64,000 nt of DNA from Macrostomum lignano (Eukaryota): NCBI GenBank assembly GCA_002269645.1, contig NIVC01001215.1:86022-150021 (forward strand), written 5' to 3'. The position numbers and the translations under genes were made by a program. Below the pieces are notes generated by a model. It saw only the letters and a program-made list of their open reading frames with translations. It searched no databases and was not told the origin of the DNA. Every line of letters begins with the position of its first letter. The first letter of the stretch is position 1. Positions 20,982-40,671 of this stretch are shown in pieces.

Positions 20982-22793
20982 ATGCTCTGTTTTAATCCTA
21001 AAATTTTGCCTAATGCTCAGCCTGCTTTAAATTTTAACAATCCTGTCGTTGGCAGTGCAGGGGGTCGCCTGCGTTTTTGTTCGTGGGATTCTGAGCTTGA
21101 GAATGACCCTGATCGGAATTTTATCCTAGACGGCATCGCAAATGGTTTTCGCATTACTGATGGCAAAGGGCTTTGTGAGACTTTTAATGCCAATTACATG
21201 TCTACTTCTACTTTTCATCGCGCTGTTGAGCTGCAAATTAAGGAAGAGATTGAGAATGGCAGGTATTTGATTGTGCCTAAGAAGCCTACGATGGTCAGCC
21301 CTCTGGGAGCAATTCCCAAGGATAACGGGAAGGCTCGACTTATTCATGACTGCAGCACGCCTCCGGGCTACTCGGTAAATGACAACTATACGAAGAAGCT
21401 GAGCCCCAGGTTTGAGTCCGTCAAGAAGGTTGCAGCCTCTATCGGCAAGGGCTGGTTCATGGCAAAGCTTGACTTGTCGCAAGCTTACAGAAGCGTGGCG
21501 ATCCATCCGGATGATTACCAGGCGACCGGCATTGGTTGGCGTTTTAAAGGCAACCGTGATCTGACATGGCTTGTCGACACCCGGCTACCCTTTGGTAGCT
21601 GCGCCTCGGTCGAGATTTTCTACCGGCTTACTCAAGCGGTCAAGAGGATGATGGTGCGACGCGGCGTGGCCAATATTTCGGTTTACCTGGATGATTTTCT
21701 GGTTGCAGCCGAGAGCGAGAAAGAGTGTATGGATGCTCTGAAAGAGCTGATTAAGCTGGTTCGCCAGTTAGGTTTTGGTGTCAATTGGAATAAAGTGGTT
21801 GAACCTACGCAATGCTTGGTGTATCTCGGTGTGAAGATTGATACTGTCCGTGGAGTTCTTAGTGTGCCGGCGGAAAAGTGTGAGGAAATGCGCACCACAC
21901 TGCTTAACTTTTCGCAGCGCAGGCGTCTCTCGAAACGACAGCTTTCGTCGCTTTGTGGCAAGCTCAGCTGGGTCGTCCAGGTGGTGCACGCTGGGAGTTG
22001 CTTCCTAAGACCCCTGTTCGACCTGCTTAATGCCCTGGAAAAGCCACATCACAAAGTGCGTGTGTCCGCTGACACTGTGCGTATTTTACTCTGGTGGCGA
22101 GGTGCCCTTCTGAAGCTGCCTGATTTTCAGCTTTGGAGAAGTTGCACAAACGGCTGGATCATCGAAACCGATGCGAGCAGTGCTGGTGGCGGAGCCATTT
22201 TGCGCAATGGTAGCGGTATGGTGGATTGGCTGTACGTCAATTGGGATCTGGATGCTGGAGGAAAGTTTAAAGACAAGCATATCACGTACAAAGAAGCTAT
22301 TGTTCCGCTGCTGGCTATGGTTCGCTGGGGTGCCTTTTTAAATGACAGTTCGGTCGTGGTCTACTCCGACTCTAGTGCGGCTGTTGGCATGATTAACAGA
22401 GGTTGCTGTCGGCAGCCTGAGTTGCAGCCGCTGTTCCAGACTGCCATGCTCATTGCTGTTAGGCGTGGGGTTGAGGTGCGCGCTTTTCATGTGCCTGGCT
22501 GGTACCATGTCTTTGCGGACCCGTGCTCTAGGCTGCACGCCGTGGACAAAATGCGCGATTTTTTATTTCGGGTGTATGGCTCTGTTGACTGCTGTTTTAA
22601 CGAGATCGCTAGCCATGCTTTCTGCCCTGCTGCCTCCGTTTTTCTAATTTTACAGGCCCTCCGCGCCAGACTCCCGACCGCCTCAGCAAGCGTTGCGCAT
22701 TTATCCTGGGCAATGCCTACGCGCCCCGCACGAAGCGGAGTTACCGGTCGCAGCTCGCGTCTTGGCTGCGATTTTGCAATTCCCGGCACCTGA
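20982..22793 (+). CDS. Ngaro reverse transcriptase + RNase H
   Basis: SPLGAIPKDNGKARLIHD, KLDLSQAYR, RLPFG, VYLDDFL, YLGVKID, ETDAS, ITYKEA, YSDS, FADPCSR. Confidence 0.95.
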   Translation: MLCFNPKILPNAQPALNFNNPVVGSAGGRLRFCSWDSELENDPDRNFILDGIANGFRITDGKGLCETFNANYMSTSTFHRAVELQIKEEIENGRYLIVPKKPTMVSPLGAIPKDNGKARLIHDCSTPPGYSVNDNYTKKLSPRFESVKKVAASIGKGWFMAKLDLSQAYRSVAIHPDDYQATGIGWRFKGNRDLTWLVDTRLPFGSCASVEIFYRLTQAVKRMMVRRGVANISVYLDDFLVAAESEKECMDALKELIKLVRQLGFGVNWNKVVEPTQCLVYLGVKIDTVRGVLSVPAEKCEEMRTTLLNFSQRRRLSKRQLSSLCGKLSWVVQVVHAGSCFLRPLFDLLNALEKPHHKVRVSADTVRILLWWRGALLKLPDFQLWRSCTNGWIIETDASSAGGGAILRNGSGMVDWLYVNWDLDAGGKFKDKHITYKEAIVPLLAMVRWGAFLNDSSVVVYSDSSAAVGMINRGCCRQPELQPLFQTAMLIAVRRGVEVRAFHVPGWYHVFADPCSRLHAVDKMRDFLFRVYGSVDCCFNEIASHAFCPAASVFLILQALRARLPTASASVAHLSWAMPTRPARSGVTGRSSRLGCDFAIPGT

Positions 22794-23656
22794 CGCCGCT
22801 GCGGGCAGAGCCTGTGCACGTGGCTGAATACCTGGCTGAGCTGTCCACCCGGCTGTCAGCCTTTCGGAGTTGCCAGGCGTATGCTAACGCGGTCTCGCTG
22901 TACTTCAGAGCTCTCGGCCGGCCGGACCCGTGCGAGTCGCCGATGGTTAAGCTGGTGCTTCGTGGTCTTCGCCGGTGTCTCAGTCGGCAGCAGCGCTCAA
23001 GGGAGCCATTCAGAGTCGCGGATCTCCTCAAGCTACACGCCCACCTGGACCAACGTCTGAAGAGTGACATCGCGTTCTGGGCAGCAGTTCTGGCAGCCTG
23101 GTGGGGTATGCTGCGAAAAGCGAATGTGACGACGCAATCGGGGCAGCTCGATCTGTGGTGCGACCTGGCAGCATCGAGCATCGTCTTCTCAGAGTACGAC
23201 TGTGAGCTCACTGTGCGGCATTCGAAGACCAACCAGTTTGGCGATCGAGTTCAGCGAGTGTTTCTTCCGAAACTGCCTGATGGAAGCTTGTGTGTCCTGT
23301 GTCCGTTCCGTGCGCTCGAGCGGCAGCTACGGACAAACCGAATCGGCCAGGCGCCGCGTCCGGTTCACCTGTTCTCCACGTGGTCGTCCGCGGGATGGTT
23401 GCCTCTGACGGCTAGCAGGTTTGATAGCCGGCTTCGTTCGCTCTGCACATCGGCGGGTTTGTCGCCACGCGAGTTCACTGGCCACGGGCTGCGGCGGGGC
23501 GGCGCTACGGCAGCCATGCAGCTCGGTGTTCCACTGCCGATGATCAAGAAGCTGGGCGACTGGAAGGGCAACTCAGTGTTTCGCTATCTATCTGTTCGGG
23601 ACTCGGATGCCAGGGCGGCTGTGCATGGCTTGGCTCGTCGGGTTGGCGCGCTCTAA
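22656..23656 (+). CDS. Ngaro tyrosine recombinase (frame open from 22655; no AUG in the first 50+ codons)
   Basis: AYAPRTKRSY...WLRFC N-terminal domain. Catalytic motifs WWGMLRKAN, SKTNQ, GHGLRRGGATAA, LGDWKGNSVFRY. Confidence 0.93.
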
Positions 23657-23700
23657 CTCTCTCTCTCTCTCTCTCTATGTCGAACTTTCTGGTTTGGGTT

Positions 23701-24081
23701 GGGCCAGGCTCGAACCTGCGCCTCTCGTGCCAACTGCCTTGACTTCGTCTCACTGGTTTAATGGTCCGACCGGGCGTAGCTTGGTTGGGTGTTAAACCAG
23801 TGGGGCGTGGCTCTTGTGCGTTGGTGCGGGGGTGGGGGCCGGGCCTTGGTCACGTGCCCGCGGCCTGGGTGGCGGTTTTTTTAATGCGGTGCGGGCTGTC
23901 GCTGACCCGCCAAGCGCGTATTGATTTTTTTTTCTCGCTTTTAAGTCTCCAAGGTTTTTATTCGGCTTTTAGTCCGGTAAATTAAAGTTAATAAATACGC
24001 TCGAATACTCGTACAATAGGGCCAGGCTCGAACCTGCGCCTCTCGTGCCAACTGCCTTGACTTCGTCTCACTGGTTTAATG
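23701..24081 (+). repeat. Split direct repeats B1 (23701-23763) and B2 (24019-24081) of the YR retrotransposon
   Basis: Identical 63-mers GGGCCAGGCTCGAACC...CACTGGTTTAATG separated by 255 bp. Confidence 0.95.
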
Positions 24082-25693
24082 CTGTACACAGTGTTCCATG
24101 TCTATGGTTGCATGCTGTACACAGTGTTCCATGTCTATGGTTGTGTGCTGTACACAGTGTTCCATGTCTATGGTTTTGTGCTGTACACAGTGTTCCATGT
24201 CTATGGTTGTGTGCTGTACACAGTGTTCCATGTCTATGATTGTGTGCTGTACACAGTGTTCCATGTCTATGGTTGTGTGCTGTACACAGTGTTCCATGTC
24301 TATGGTTGCGTGCTGTACACAGTGTTCCATGTCTATGGTTTTGTGCTGTGCACAGTGTTCCATGTCTATGATTGTGTGCTGTGCACAGTGTTCCATGTCT
24401 ATGATTGTGTGCTGTGCACAGTGTTCCATGTCTATGATTGTGTGCTGTACACAGTGTTCCATGTCTATGGTTGCGTGCTGTACACAGTGTTCCATGTCTA
24501 TGGTTGCATGCTGTACACAGTGTTCCATGTCTATGGTTGTGTGCTGTACACAGTGTTCCATGTCTATGGTTTTGTGCTGTACACAGTGTTCCATGTCTAT
24601 GGTTGTGTGCTGTACACAGTGTTCCATGTCTATGGTTGTGTGCTGTACACAGTGTTCCATGTCTATGGTTGTGTGCTGTACACAGTGTTCCATGTCTATG
24701 GTTGCGTGCTGTACACAGTGTTCCATGTCTATGGTTGTGTGCTGTACACTGTTCCAGGTCTATGATTGTGTGCTGTACACTGCTCCAGGTCTATGATTGT
24801 GTGCTGTGCACAGTGTTCCATGTCTATGGTTGCGTGCTGTACACAGTGTTCCATGTCTATGGTTGCGTGCTGTACTCAGCTCTTCGGTTGAGCTACAGAT
24901 CATTTAGAAAATTTAATTCAATTAAGTAATTTGCTTAGCAGAAGCTCCTCAAAACCCGGTCCCCAGGAACCCAGGTGTGGAACAGGCTGATGAGCTGCAG
25001 GTCCAACACCGGCAAAAGTCGGTTCAGTCTCTCTCGCATCGACAGTCGCCCAGCCCTGAATTGGTGCCAAATTGCTTGACAATTTGCTCCAGCGGGGATC
25101 GCATGCGCCAAATTGATTAAAGTAATATGGGAGCTTTTTGGCCGAATCCAGTCAGACCCGGAGTTGCTGAGCGCAGATAAGAGAGGCTGGGCTGAGCTGC
25201 AGCTCACCACTCAGAGTGAGGAAGTGGCAGTGCGGACTCACTCTGCTGCTGTTGTCTGCCTGGCAGCGGTGGGGCTCTAATGGCCGGCCGGTGTGGCTGC
25301 TGACAATGCGGGGCAGAGGCCAGGGATAATGAAACCGGGCCGGGGCAGGCCGGATTAAAGCCGGCTCGCCGAGCCGCTGCGGTCATTGGCTACCAAAGGC
25401 CAGGGAAGAGAATGAGCGGGAGAGGAAAATGGGAAGCGGATAAGAGTGTTGTTTGCGCGAGACTGATCCCCAGAACAGATATAGGAAATACTCAAATAGC
25501 GACTGCAGCCCCGCATGTCCTCCTGGCTCACCGCTACCGGCATTTGAGCTGGGAGCTAAGCTGCTCTGCTCCCATTAGCCCGGGCTGGCAGGTGCTGACA
25601 ATTCCTGCTCCCAGCCTCGCACTTGCCGATAGCCGCTCCCAGGAGAGCGCAGAGACAGCCGGAGAGGAGAGCATCGAGAGCCAGCCATAGGCC
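24080..25693. repeat. Copy 2 of the 1614-bp duplication (33-bp satellite 24080-24875, then unique segment upstream of LGIC-B)
   Basis: Matches 18213-19826. Confidence 0.95.
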
Positions 25694-25700
25694 GATCGCG

Positions 25701-28700
25701 ATGCACTTTTGGTGCCGCCTGCTGCCAGCCCTGCTGGCGGTCGCTGCTGTGTTCGCCACCGAGGAGATTCAGCCGACCAGCGGGTCAGTTCGGCCGAACT
25801 ACACCAACATCGTGGACCGCATCGTGGAGGCGATCTTCCGCGGCTACAATAAGCACCAGCGGCCGGTGGAGATGCCGCCGAAGCCGGACGGCCAGCCGGC
25901 TGAGCCCGCCCCAGACGTGTCCGGCTCCAGCAAGCCGGTGCAGCCATCCACGGCCGTGGACGTCAACATGAAGATTCTCAGCATCAACAAGGTGGACGTC
26001 ATCAACATGGAGTTTACGCTGGACATGTACCTGCGTCAGTTCTGGAAGGACACGCGGCTGCGCTGGGATCATTACAAAGACTTCAGTTTCTACAACGAGT
26101 CCATCGCCATCCCCGCCAAGAAGGAGCACCTGTGGCTTCCAGACCTGTTCTTCCGTAATGGAAAGGAGGGTTATCTGCACACCATGACTCAGCCTAACTA
26201 TCTGATCAGAGTTGAGCCCGACGGGCAGATCCTGTATTCGCAAAAGGTTACCATGAAGTTCTCGTGCCAGATGCAGTTGCAGACATTTCCCATGGACACG
26301 CAGACGTGCTTCGTGAACATCGGCAGCTACGGATACACCACGAGGAACCTGCTGTTCAAGTGGAAGCGTGACGGGTTGAAAGACCCGGTGGAGCTGGACG
26401 GCTCCATGCAGATTTCCGAGTTCAACACACCCGACTTCGCCATTGTGGAGGACTGCACGCAGGGCAGCGCGACCAGCACAGGGAGCTACGCGTGTCTGAA
26501 GGCGATCTTCAAGCTGGAGCGGCAGCTGAGCAGCTACCTGGCCGGCACCTACATCCCCGCCATCCTCATCATTGCCGTCAGCTGGCTCAGCTTCTGGGTC
26601 AATATAGAAGCCGTGCCCGCTCGGGTTACGCTGGGCCTGCTCACCCTGTTGGGTATCCTCACCCAGGCATCCACCGTGATGGCCAACCTGCCCAGGTAGG
26701 GACTGCAGACTCTCCTAGGCATCTACCTTGATGGCCAATCTGCCCAAGTAGCAGGTGCTGATACAACAGGAGGAGGGGGCTGCAGGTCTCACACAGGTCT
26801 GCAGCTCTCACACAGGTAGGAGGGACTGCAGGTCTCACACAGGTCTGCAGGTCTCACACAGTTCTGCAGGTCTCACACAGTTCTGCAGGTCTCACACAGT
26901 TCTGCAGGTCTCACACAGTTCTGCAGGTCTCACACAGTTCTGCAGGTCTCACACAGTTCTGCAGGTCTCACACAGTTCTGCAGGTCTCACACAGTTCTGC
27001 AGGTCTCACACAGTTCTGCAGGTCTCACACAGGTCTGCAGGTCTTACACAGTTCTGCAGGTCTCACACAGTTCTGCAGGTCTCACACAGGTCTGCAGGTC
27101 TCACACAGGTCTGCAGGTCTCACACAGGGCTGCAGGTCTCACACAGGTCTGCAGGTCTCACACAGTTCTGCAGGTCTCACACAGTTCTGCAGGTCTCACA
27201 CAGGTCTGCAGGTCTCACACAGTTCTGCAGGTCTCACACAGGTCTGCAGGTCTCACACAGTTCTGCAGGTCTCACACAGTTCTGCAGGTCTCACACAGGT
27301 CTGCAGGTCTCACATAGGTCTGCAGGTCTCACACAGGGCTGCAGGTCTCACACAGGTCTGCAGGTCTCACACAGGTAGGAGGGACTGCAGGTCTCACACA
27401 GGTCTGCAGGTCTCACACAGTTCTGCGGGTCTCACACAGTTCTGCAGGTCTCACACAGTTCTGCAGGTCTCACACAGTTCTGCAGGTCTCACACAGGTCT
27501 GCAGGTCTCACACAGTTCTGCAGGTCTCACACAGGTAGGAGGGACTGCAGGTCTCACACAGGTCTGCAGGTCTCACACAGTTCTGCGGGTCTCACACAGT
27601 TCTGCAGGTCTCACACAGTTCTGCAGGTCTCACACAGTTCTGCAGGTCTCACACAGTTCTGCAGGTCTCACACAGTTCTGCAGGTCTCACACAGGTCTGC
27701 TACAAAGTGATTAATCAAATGAATCTCCTTTTCCGACTGTTTTAAGCGACCGCTAACTTCACACAAAGGGTGCCCGATTAAAGAGGTCTTGACTGTTCGC
27801 CTCAATGAGTAATAAAGAATCTGGGCAAGGATCGAGGGTGAGGCCGGTGAGATCAAAGTCCTCACGGAGCCCTTGGCGCCGGCGAGTCCGGGCTGAGCAG
27901 TTCTCATTAGCACTGGCTGCCAGATCTCGCTGGCTGATTAAAGACTGCTAAAAACTCAATTTTATCGCCCACGGCACGAGTCCGGGGAGTCTCTGGGGCT
28001 GCTGCGGGGTTGATGGGGCTGCCAGCACTCTGGGCTGAGCTGCTCAGTCTGGCTTAATCCTGGTCCTATCGCTGAGTTCGGCAGAAAGTGCAGAATGAGG
28101 GCGTCATAAATCCCCTCCGCTGAGCTCAGATTAAGTGTCTAAGCTGCTTCTCCCTGTGGCTTCGTCAGCTTTCAAGCCTGCTTGCGGTGGTGGCTCCTGA
28201 TTTATGGAGCAGGGCAGGGTCTAAGCAGCCTCAGGAGTCACTCAGTTTGCTCAGTTCGCCTTCTCAATTCGCCTGTGCCCCAGAAATTTTTCTACAAGGA
28301 CCGCGTCGCGGCAGGCCAATTTGCAGAGGAGAGATCGGAATTTTCAACTCCAAGATTTTGCTGATTTTTGCAAACTTCTAAACTGATAAACTTGAGAATG
28401 CAACACTGCTAATTTTTTCGAGGTTGTGTTGAAAAAAGCAGAAAATATCAGACAGGGCTCTGCAGTGCCTTTTTTATTCAGTCTACCTGACTAACCCTCC
28501 GCCCCGCCGCCTTCACAGGGTTGCCTACATCAAGGCCATCGACATCTGGATCATCGCCAGCATCATGTTCGTCATCGGCGCCCTCATCGAGTTCGCCGTG
28601 GCCTCCTTCCGGGCGCGGCGCACCAAGATGGAGAGCTGGCAGCAGGAGATCCGCAACGTCGTCCGCTCCGAGCTGCAGCGCCTCGCCGTCATCCGCGGCC

Positions 28701-28999
28701 CGCCGCCCGGCCTGCCGTGCGGCCACATCGGCGGCGGCCACGGCTATCCCGGCTTCCCGGAGGAGCTCGAGGATCTCCTGGCTGTCAGCGTTGAAGAGGG
28801 CGGCGTCGGCGGCGGCGTCAGTGGCGGCGGCAAAGGCGGCGCGCCGCCAGCCTCGCCAGTGCCCGCGCCGGACTCGGACATCGACGCGTACAGCCGCTTC
28901 CTGTTTCCCGCCTGCTTCCTGCTGTACAACTGCTTCTACTGGCTGTACTACCTGGTGCTGGTGGTCAAGATCAACCCGCCAAAGGCCGAGGCCAAGTAG
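25701..28999 (+). CDS. Complete Cys-loop anion channel subunit B (GluCl/GlyR-like), 491 aa, 2 exons
   Basis: Exon1 25701-26695 (signal peptide MHFWCRLLPALLAVAAVFA, ECD, TM1-2, AG|GT phase 2). Exon2 28519-28999 (cacag|G GTT GCC TAC: VAYIKAIDIW...TM3, Gly/Pro-rich loop, DIDAYSRFLFPACFLLYNCFYWLYY TM4). The join is in frame. Confidence 0.95.
26779..27700. repeat. 19-bp intronic minisatellite (CTGCAGGTCTCACACAGTT)
   Basis: About 48 units, with variant units containing GTAGGAGGGA similar to the intron 5' end. Confidence 0.97.
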
Positions 29000-30842
29000 C
29001 CGCTGCCGCCGTCTGCCAGGTGACTTCAGATGACCTCTCCGTCTTTGCAGGGATGACAGCCGTTTAACAGCCGTTTAACAGCCTTCTACTTCTCGGAGTA
29101 GTGCGGAAATCAATGTGGCTGGCTGACTTGAATGGCTTCTCACTGATCTGTTTGAATGCTCCCCGAGTCCTGCTCCAGAATTTGAGTTTAACTGTATTCG
29201 AAATGGCGCCCAGTCCAATGAATGGGGTTTGAAGGCTGTTCATGCCCGTTCTGCCGCTCACCTCTCTGTTGCTGTTAGATCGCATAAAAGTACACCCCAG
29301 TCGCTGTTAAATTAAAACAAATCCAGTTTTGTTAGGCGACTCTCCCGTGCTGACTTTGGATGGCGCGAATTTCTGTAGCGAGCTGCGTTTTGTTTGGCGT
29401 CGCGCTTTTTTGGCTGCCACGAGCGCAGGTTTGCTAATGCGCACGAGCATCTGCATGCGTATGCAGCCCCTCTCCAATAACTGCATGCATCATCTGTTCT
29501 CAATTTCTGTTCATTAGCTGTGCTGATTTTAGCAAATGCTTCACTTATTCTATTCAAATTGTATTGTCAGTCCCCATCCCAACTTGCTAATTATTGAAGC
29601 CCTTTCTATCAGGCAGACACTGGGGACAAAAATATTTCGCTCGCTCTGATTCGCGATATAAATGCACATTTAATTAGCCGCTGTCATGGAATTGATTTTC
29701 GCTGTTCTACCAAAATCATGGCGTTCGTTTTATGCTTCAAACATGTTTTACTTCTTTGCTGCTTTAAAGGCTAAAAGCTAAAGGCAAAGATATGTGCGGC
29801 CATTCCGCTGTACGCAGATGCCCTTATTGCAGGGTGCACAGCCATGGCTTGATATTGTGTAGCTGGGGTGCGCTCGTCGCCTCCACAGCCGAGCCCTGGT
29901 CCGCTGGCTCGTGTTCGATAGGCTACTAACCTGAAGGCTTGTGAAACGCGTTTGGTTAGTCTTTGGCCATAGACATCTCAGCGGGCGGGCTGCTGTAGGC
30001 TGACCCGTAGGCTGACTAAACACTACTGTCTATGGCCATAACTGCACCAAATGCAAGTCTTTTGTGCAGTGTGGCTTGAACCTGATGAAGTTGGCCATGG
30101 AGAGCACAGAATTCTTATTGCATTTCAGCTTCAGATTAAACAAGGATTTAAGTTAGCATCCAGAGAGACCAGTGTCTCTGAACCTTACTGTAAGAATTAA
30201 AACAGAATATTTGTTTACACTGATGTCGTAGGAAATGTTCTGCCTCAGCTGCACAGACTACAGTGCAAATCAATTTCACAACATACGCAGTAGCCCACTG
30301 GGTAAGTTCAGAATGTTCTTTAAAGCGCAGTTCTCAAAGCTTCACCAAATTTGCAGGAAAAGTTGATCCAGTTTTACCTTCAATGCTGCTCATTGGAATC
30401 AATATTTTAAAGCGGGTTGCGGGTCTGTGGCACGGCCGAGTGATGAATAATTCCTGCTTTGCGTTTGTTTTGAGCCTCGGCTACCCGCAATTATTGCTGC
30501 ACCGTGAGAGTCCCAGCGGGGATGTTGCTAGGCTTGGGGCTGTCAGCGGAGTGCCACACACAGTTGCTGGTCTCGCGGCACATCAAGAGCTCACCCGACC
30601 GAGGCGCTGCGCACTGGGCCGACGCCGCCGCCTCCCTCCCCCCCCCCCGGTTCGCTCGAAAAGATCGGAATGGACTGACCAATTTGCTGGGACTGCCTGA
30701 GTGCTCGCTCAGTGACAGGCCGGGTGCCTCTGGCCTGAGTCTGACTGAGTTCGCGAATCTGAGCACTGGCTGAGCTCTTAAAGTAGCTGTAACAAGGTCT
30801 CACTGCTGATGACGCCCGGGTTGTATTTTGAGCCTCGCCATG

Positions 30843-31956
30843 TTGGTGTCTGAGTCTCAGTCACTTGGTGTCTGAGTCTCAGTCAGTTGGTGTTTGAGTC
30901 TCAGTCAGTTGGTGTCTGAGTCTCAGTCAGTTGGTGTTTGAGTCTCAGTCAGTTGGTGTCTGAGTCTCAGTCAGTTGGTGTCTGAGTCTCGCCCAGTTGG
31001 TGTCTGAGTCTCAGCCAGTTGGTGTCTGGGTCTCGCCCAGTTGGCGTCTGAGTCTCGCCCAGTTGGTGTCTGAGTCTCGCCCAGTTGGTGTCTGAGTCTC
31101 GCCCAGTTGGTGGCTGAGTCTCATCCAGTTGGTGTCTGAGTCTCGCCCAGTTGGTGGCTGAGTCTCATCCAGTTGGTGTCTGAGTCTCGCCCAGTTGGTG
31201 TCTGAGTCTCGCCCAGTTGGTGTCCGAGTCTCATCCAGTTGGTGCCTGAGTCTCGCCCAGTTGGTGTCTGAGTCTCAGCCAGTTGGTGTCTGAGTCTCGC
31301 CCAGTTGGTGTCTGAGTCTCAGCCAGTTGGTGTCTGGGTCTCGCCCAGTTGGCGTCTGAGTCTCGCCCAGTTGGTGTCTGAGTCTCGCCCAGTTGGTGTC
31401 TGAGTCTCGCCCAGTTGGTGGCTGAGTCTCATCCAGTTGGTGTCTGAGTCTCGCCCAGTTGGTGGCTGAGTCTCATCCAGTTGGTGTCTGAGTCTCATCC
31501 AGTTGGTGTCTGAGTCTCGCCCAGTTGGTGTCCGAGTCTCATCCAGTTGGTGCCTGAGTCTCGCCCAGTTGGTGTCTGAGTCTCAGCCAGTTGGTGTCTG
31601 AGTCTCGCCCAGTTGGTGTCTGAGTCTCAGCCAGTTGGTGTCTGAGTCTCGCCCAGTTGGTGTCTGAGTCTCGCCCAGTTGGTGTCTGAGTCTCGCCCAG
31701 TTGGTGTCCGAGTCTCATCCAGTTGGTGCCTGAGTCTCGCCCAGTTGGTGTCTGAGTCTCAGCCAGTTGGTGTCTGAGTCTCAGCCAGTTGGTGTCTGAG
31801 TCTCGCCCAGTTGGTGTCTGAGTCTCAGCCAGTTGGTGTCTGAGTCTCAGCCAGTTGGTGTCTGAGTCTCGCCCAGTTGGTGTCTGAGTCTCATCCAGTT
31901 GGTGTCTGAGTCTCGCCCAGTTGGTGTCCGAGTCTCGCCCAGTTGGTGTCTGAGTC
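30843..31956. repeat. 22-bp minisatellite (AGTTGGTGTCTGAGTCTCGCCC)
   Basis: About 50 units. Confidence 0.97.
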
Positions 31957-32004
31957 TGAATATCTGTATCTCATCATCCTGCTGCTCTGATTCAAACTCT
32001 TCGT

Positions 32005-40469
<8,465 letters not shown>

Positions 40470-40657
40470 GGCGGGCTGCTGCAGTCGTCTTGACGTCTCG
40501 GCCCAGTTTGGCGGGCAGTTACGGCAGCTGCTCACTCAGAGTTTGCTGCAAGATCGGCCACCTGCCCGCCTCTTCATCCCGAGAAGCCGCTGCAACCCTC
40601 CTTCCCCCGGCCTCCTTCTCTTACCCTCGGCTTTGTCTTGCAGCTTCTGTGTCCGAT

Positions 40658-40671
40658 GTGGCCTTGGCAAC
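40658..40671. promoter_or_regulatory. RFX X-box about 190 bp upstream of the CFAP97-domain gene ATG
   Basis: GTGGCC-TT-GGCAAC fits GTNRCC-N0-3-RGYAAC. A further GGCAAC half-site lies near 40923. Confidence 0.45.

Larger units (their letters stand above)
19827..24081 (+). mobile_element. Ngaro/DIRS-class tyrosine-recombinase retrotransposon (gag, RT-RNaseH, YR), 5' repeat missing
   Basis: Three intact ORFs in the order gag-RT/RH-YR, no methyltransferase domain. 63-bp split direct repeats at 23701-23763 and 24019-24081. AATAAA near 23991. Confidence 0.92.
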
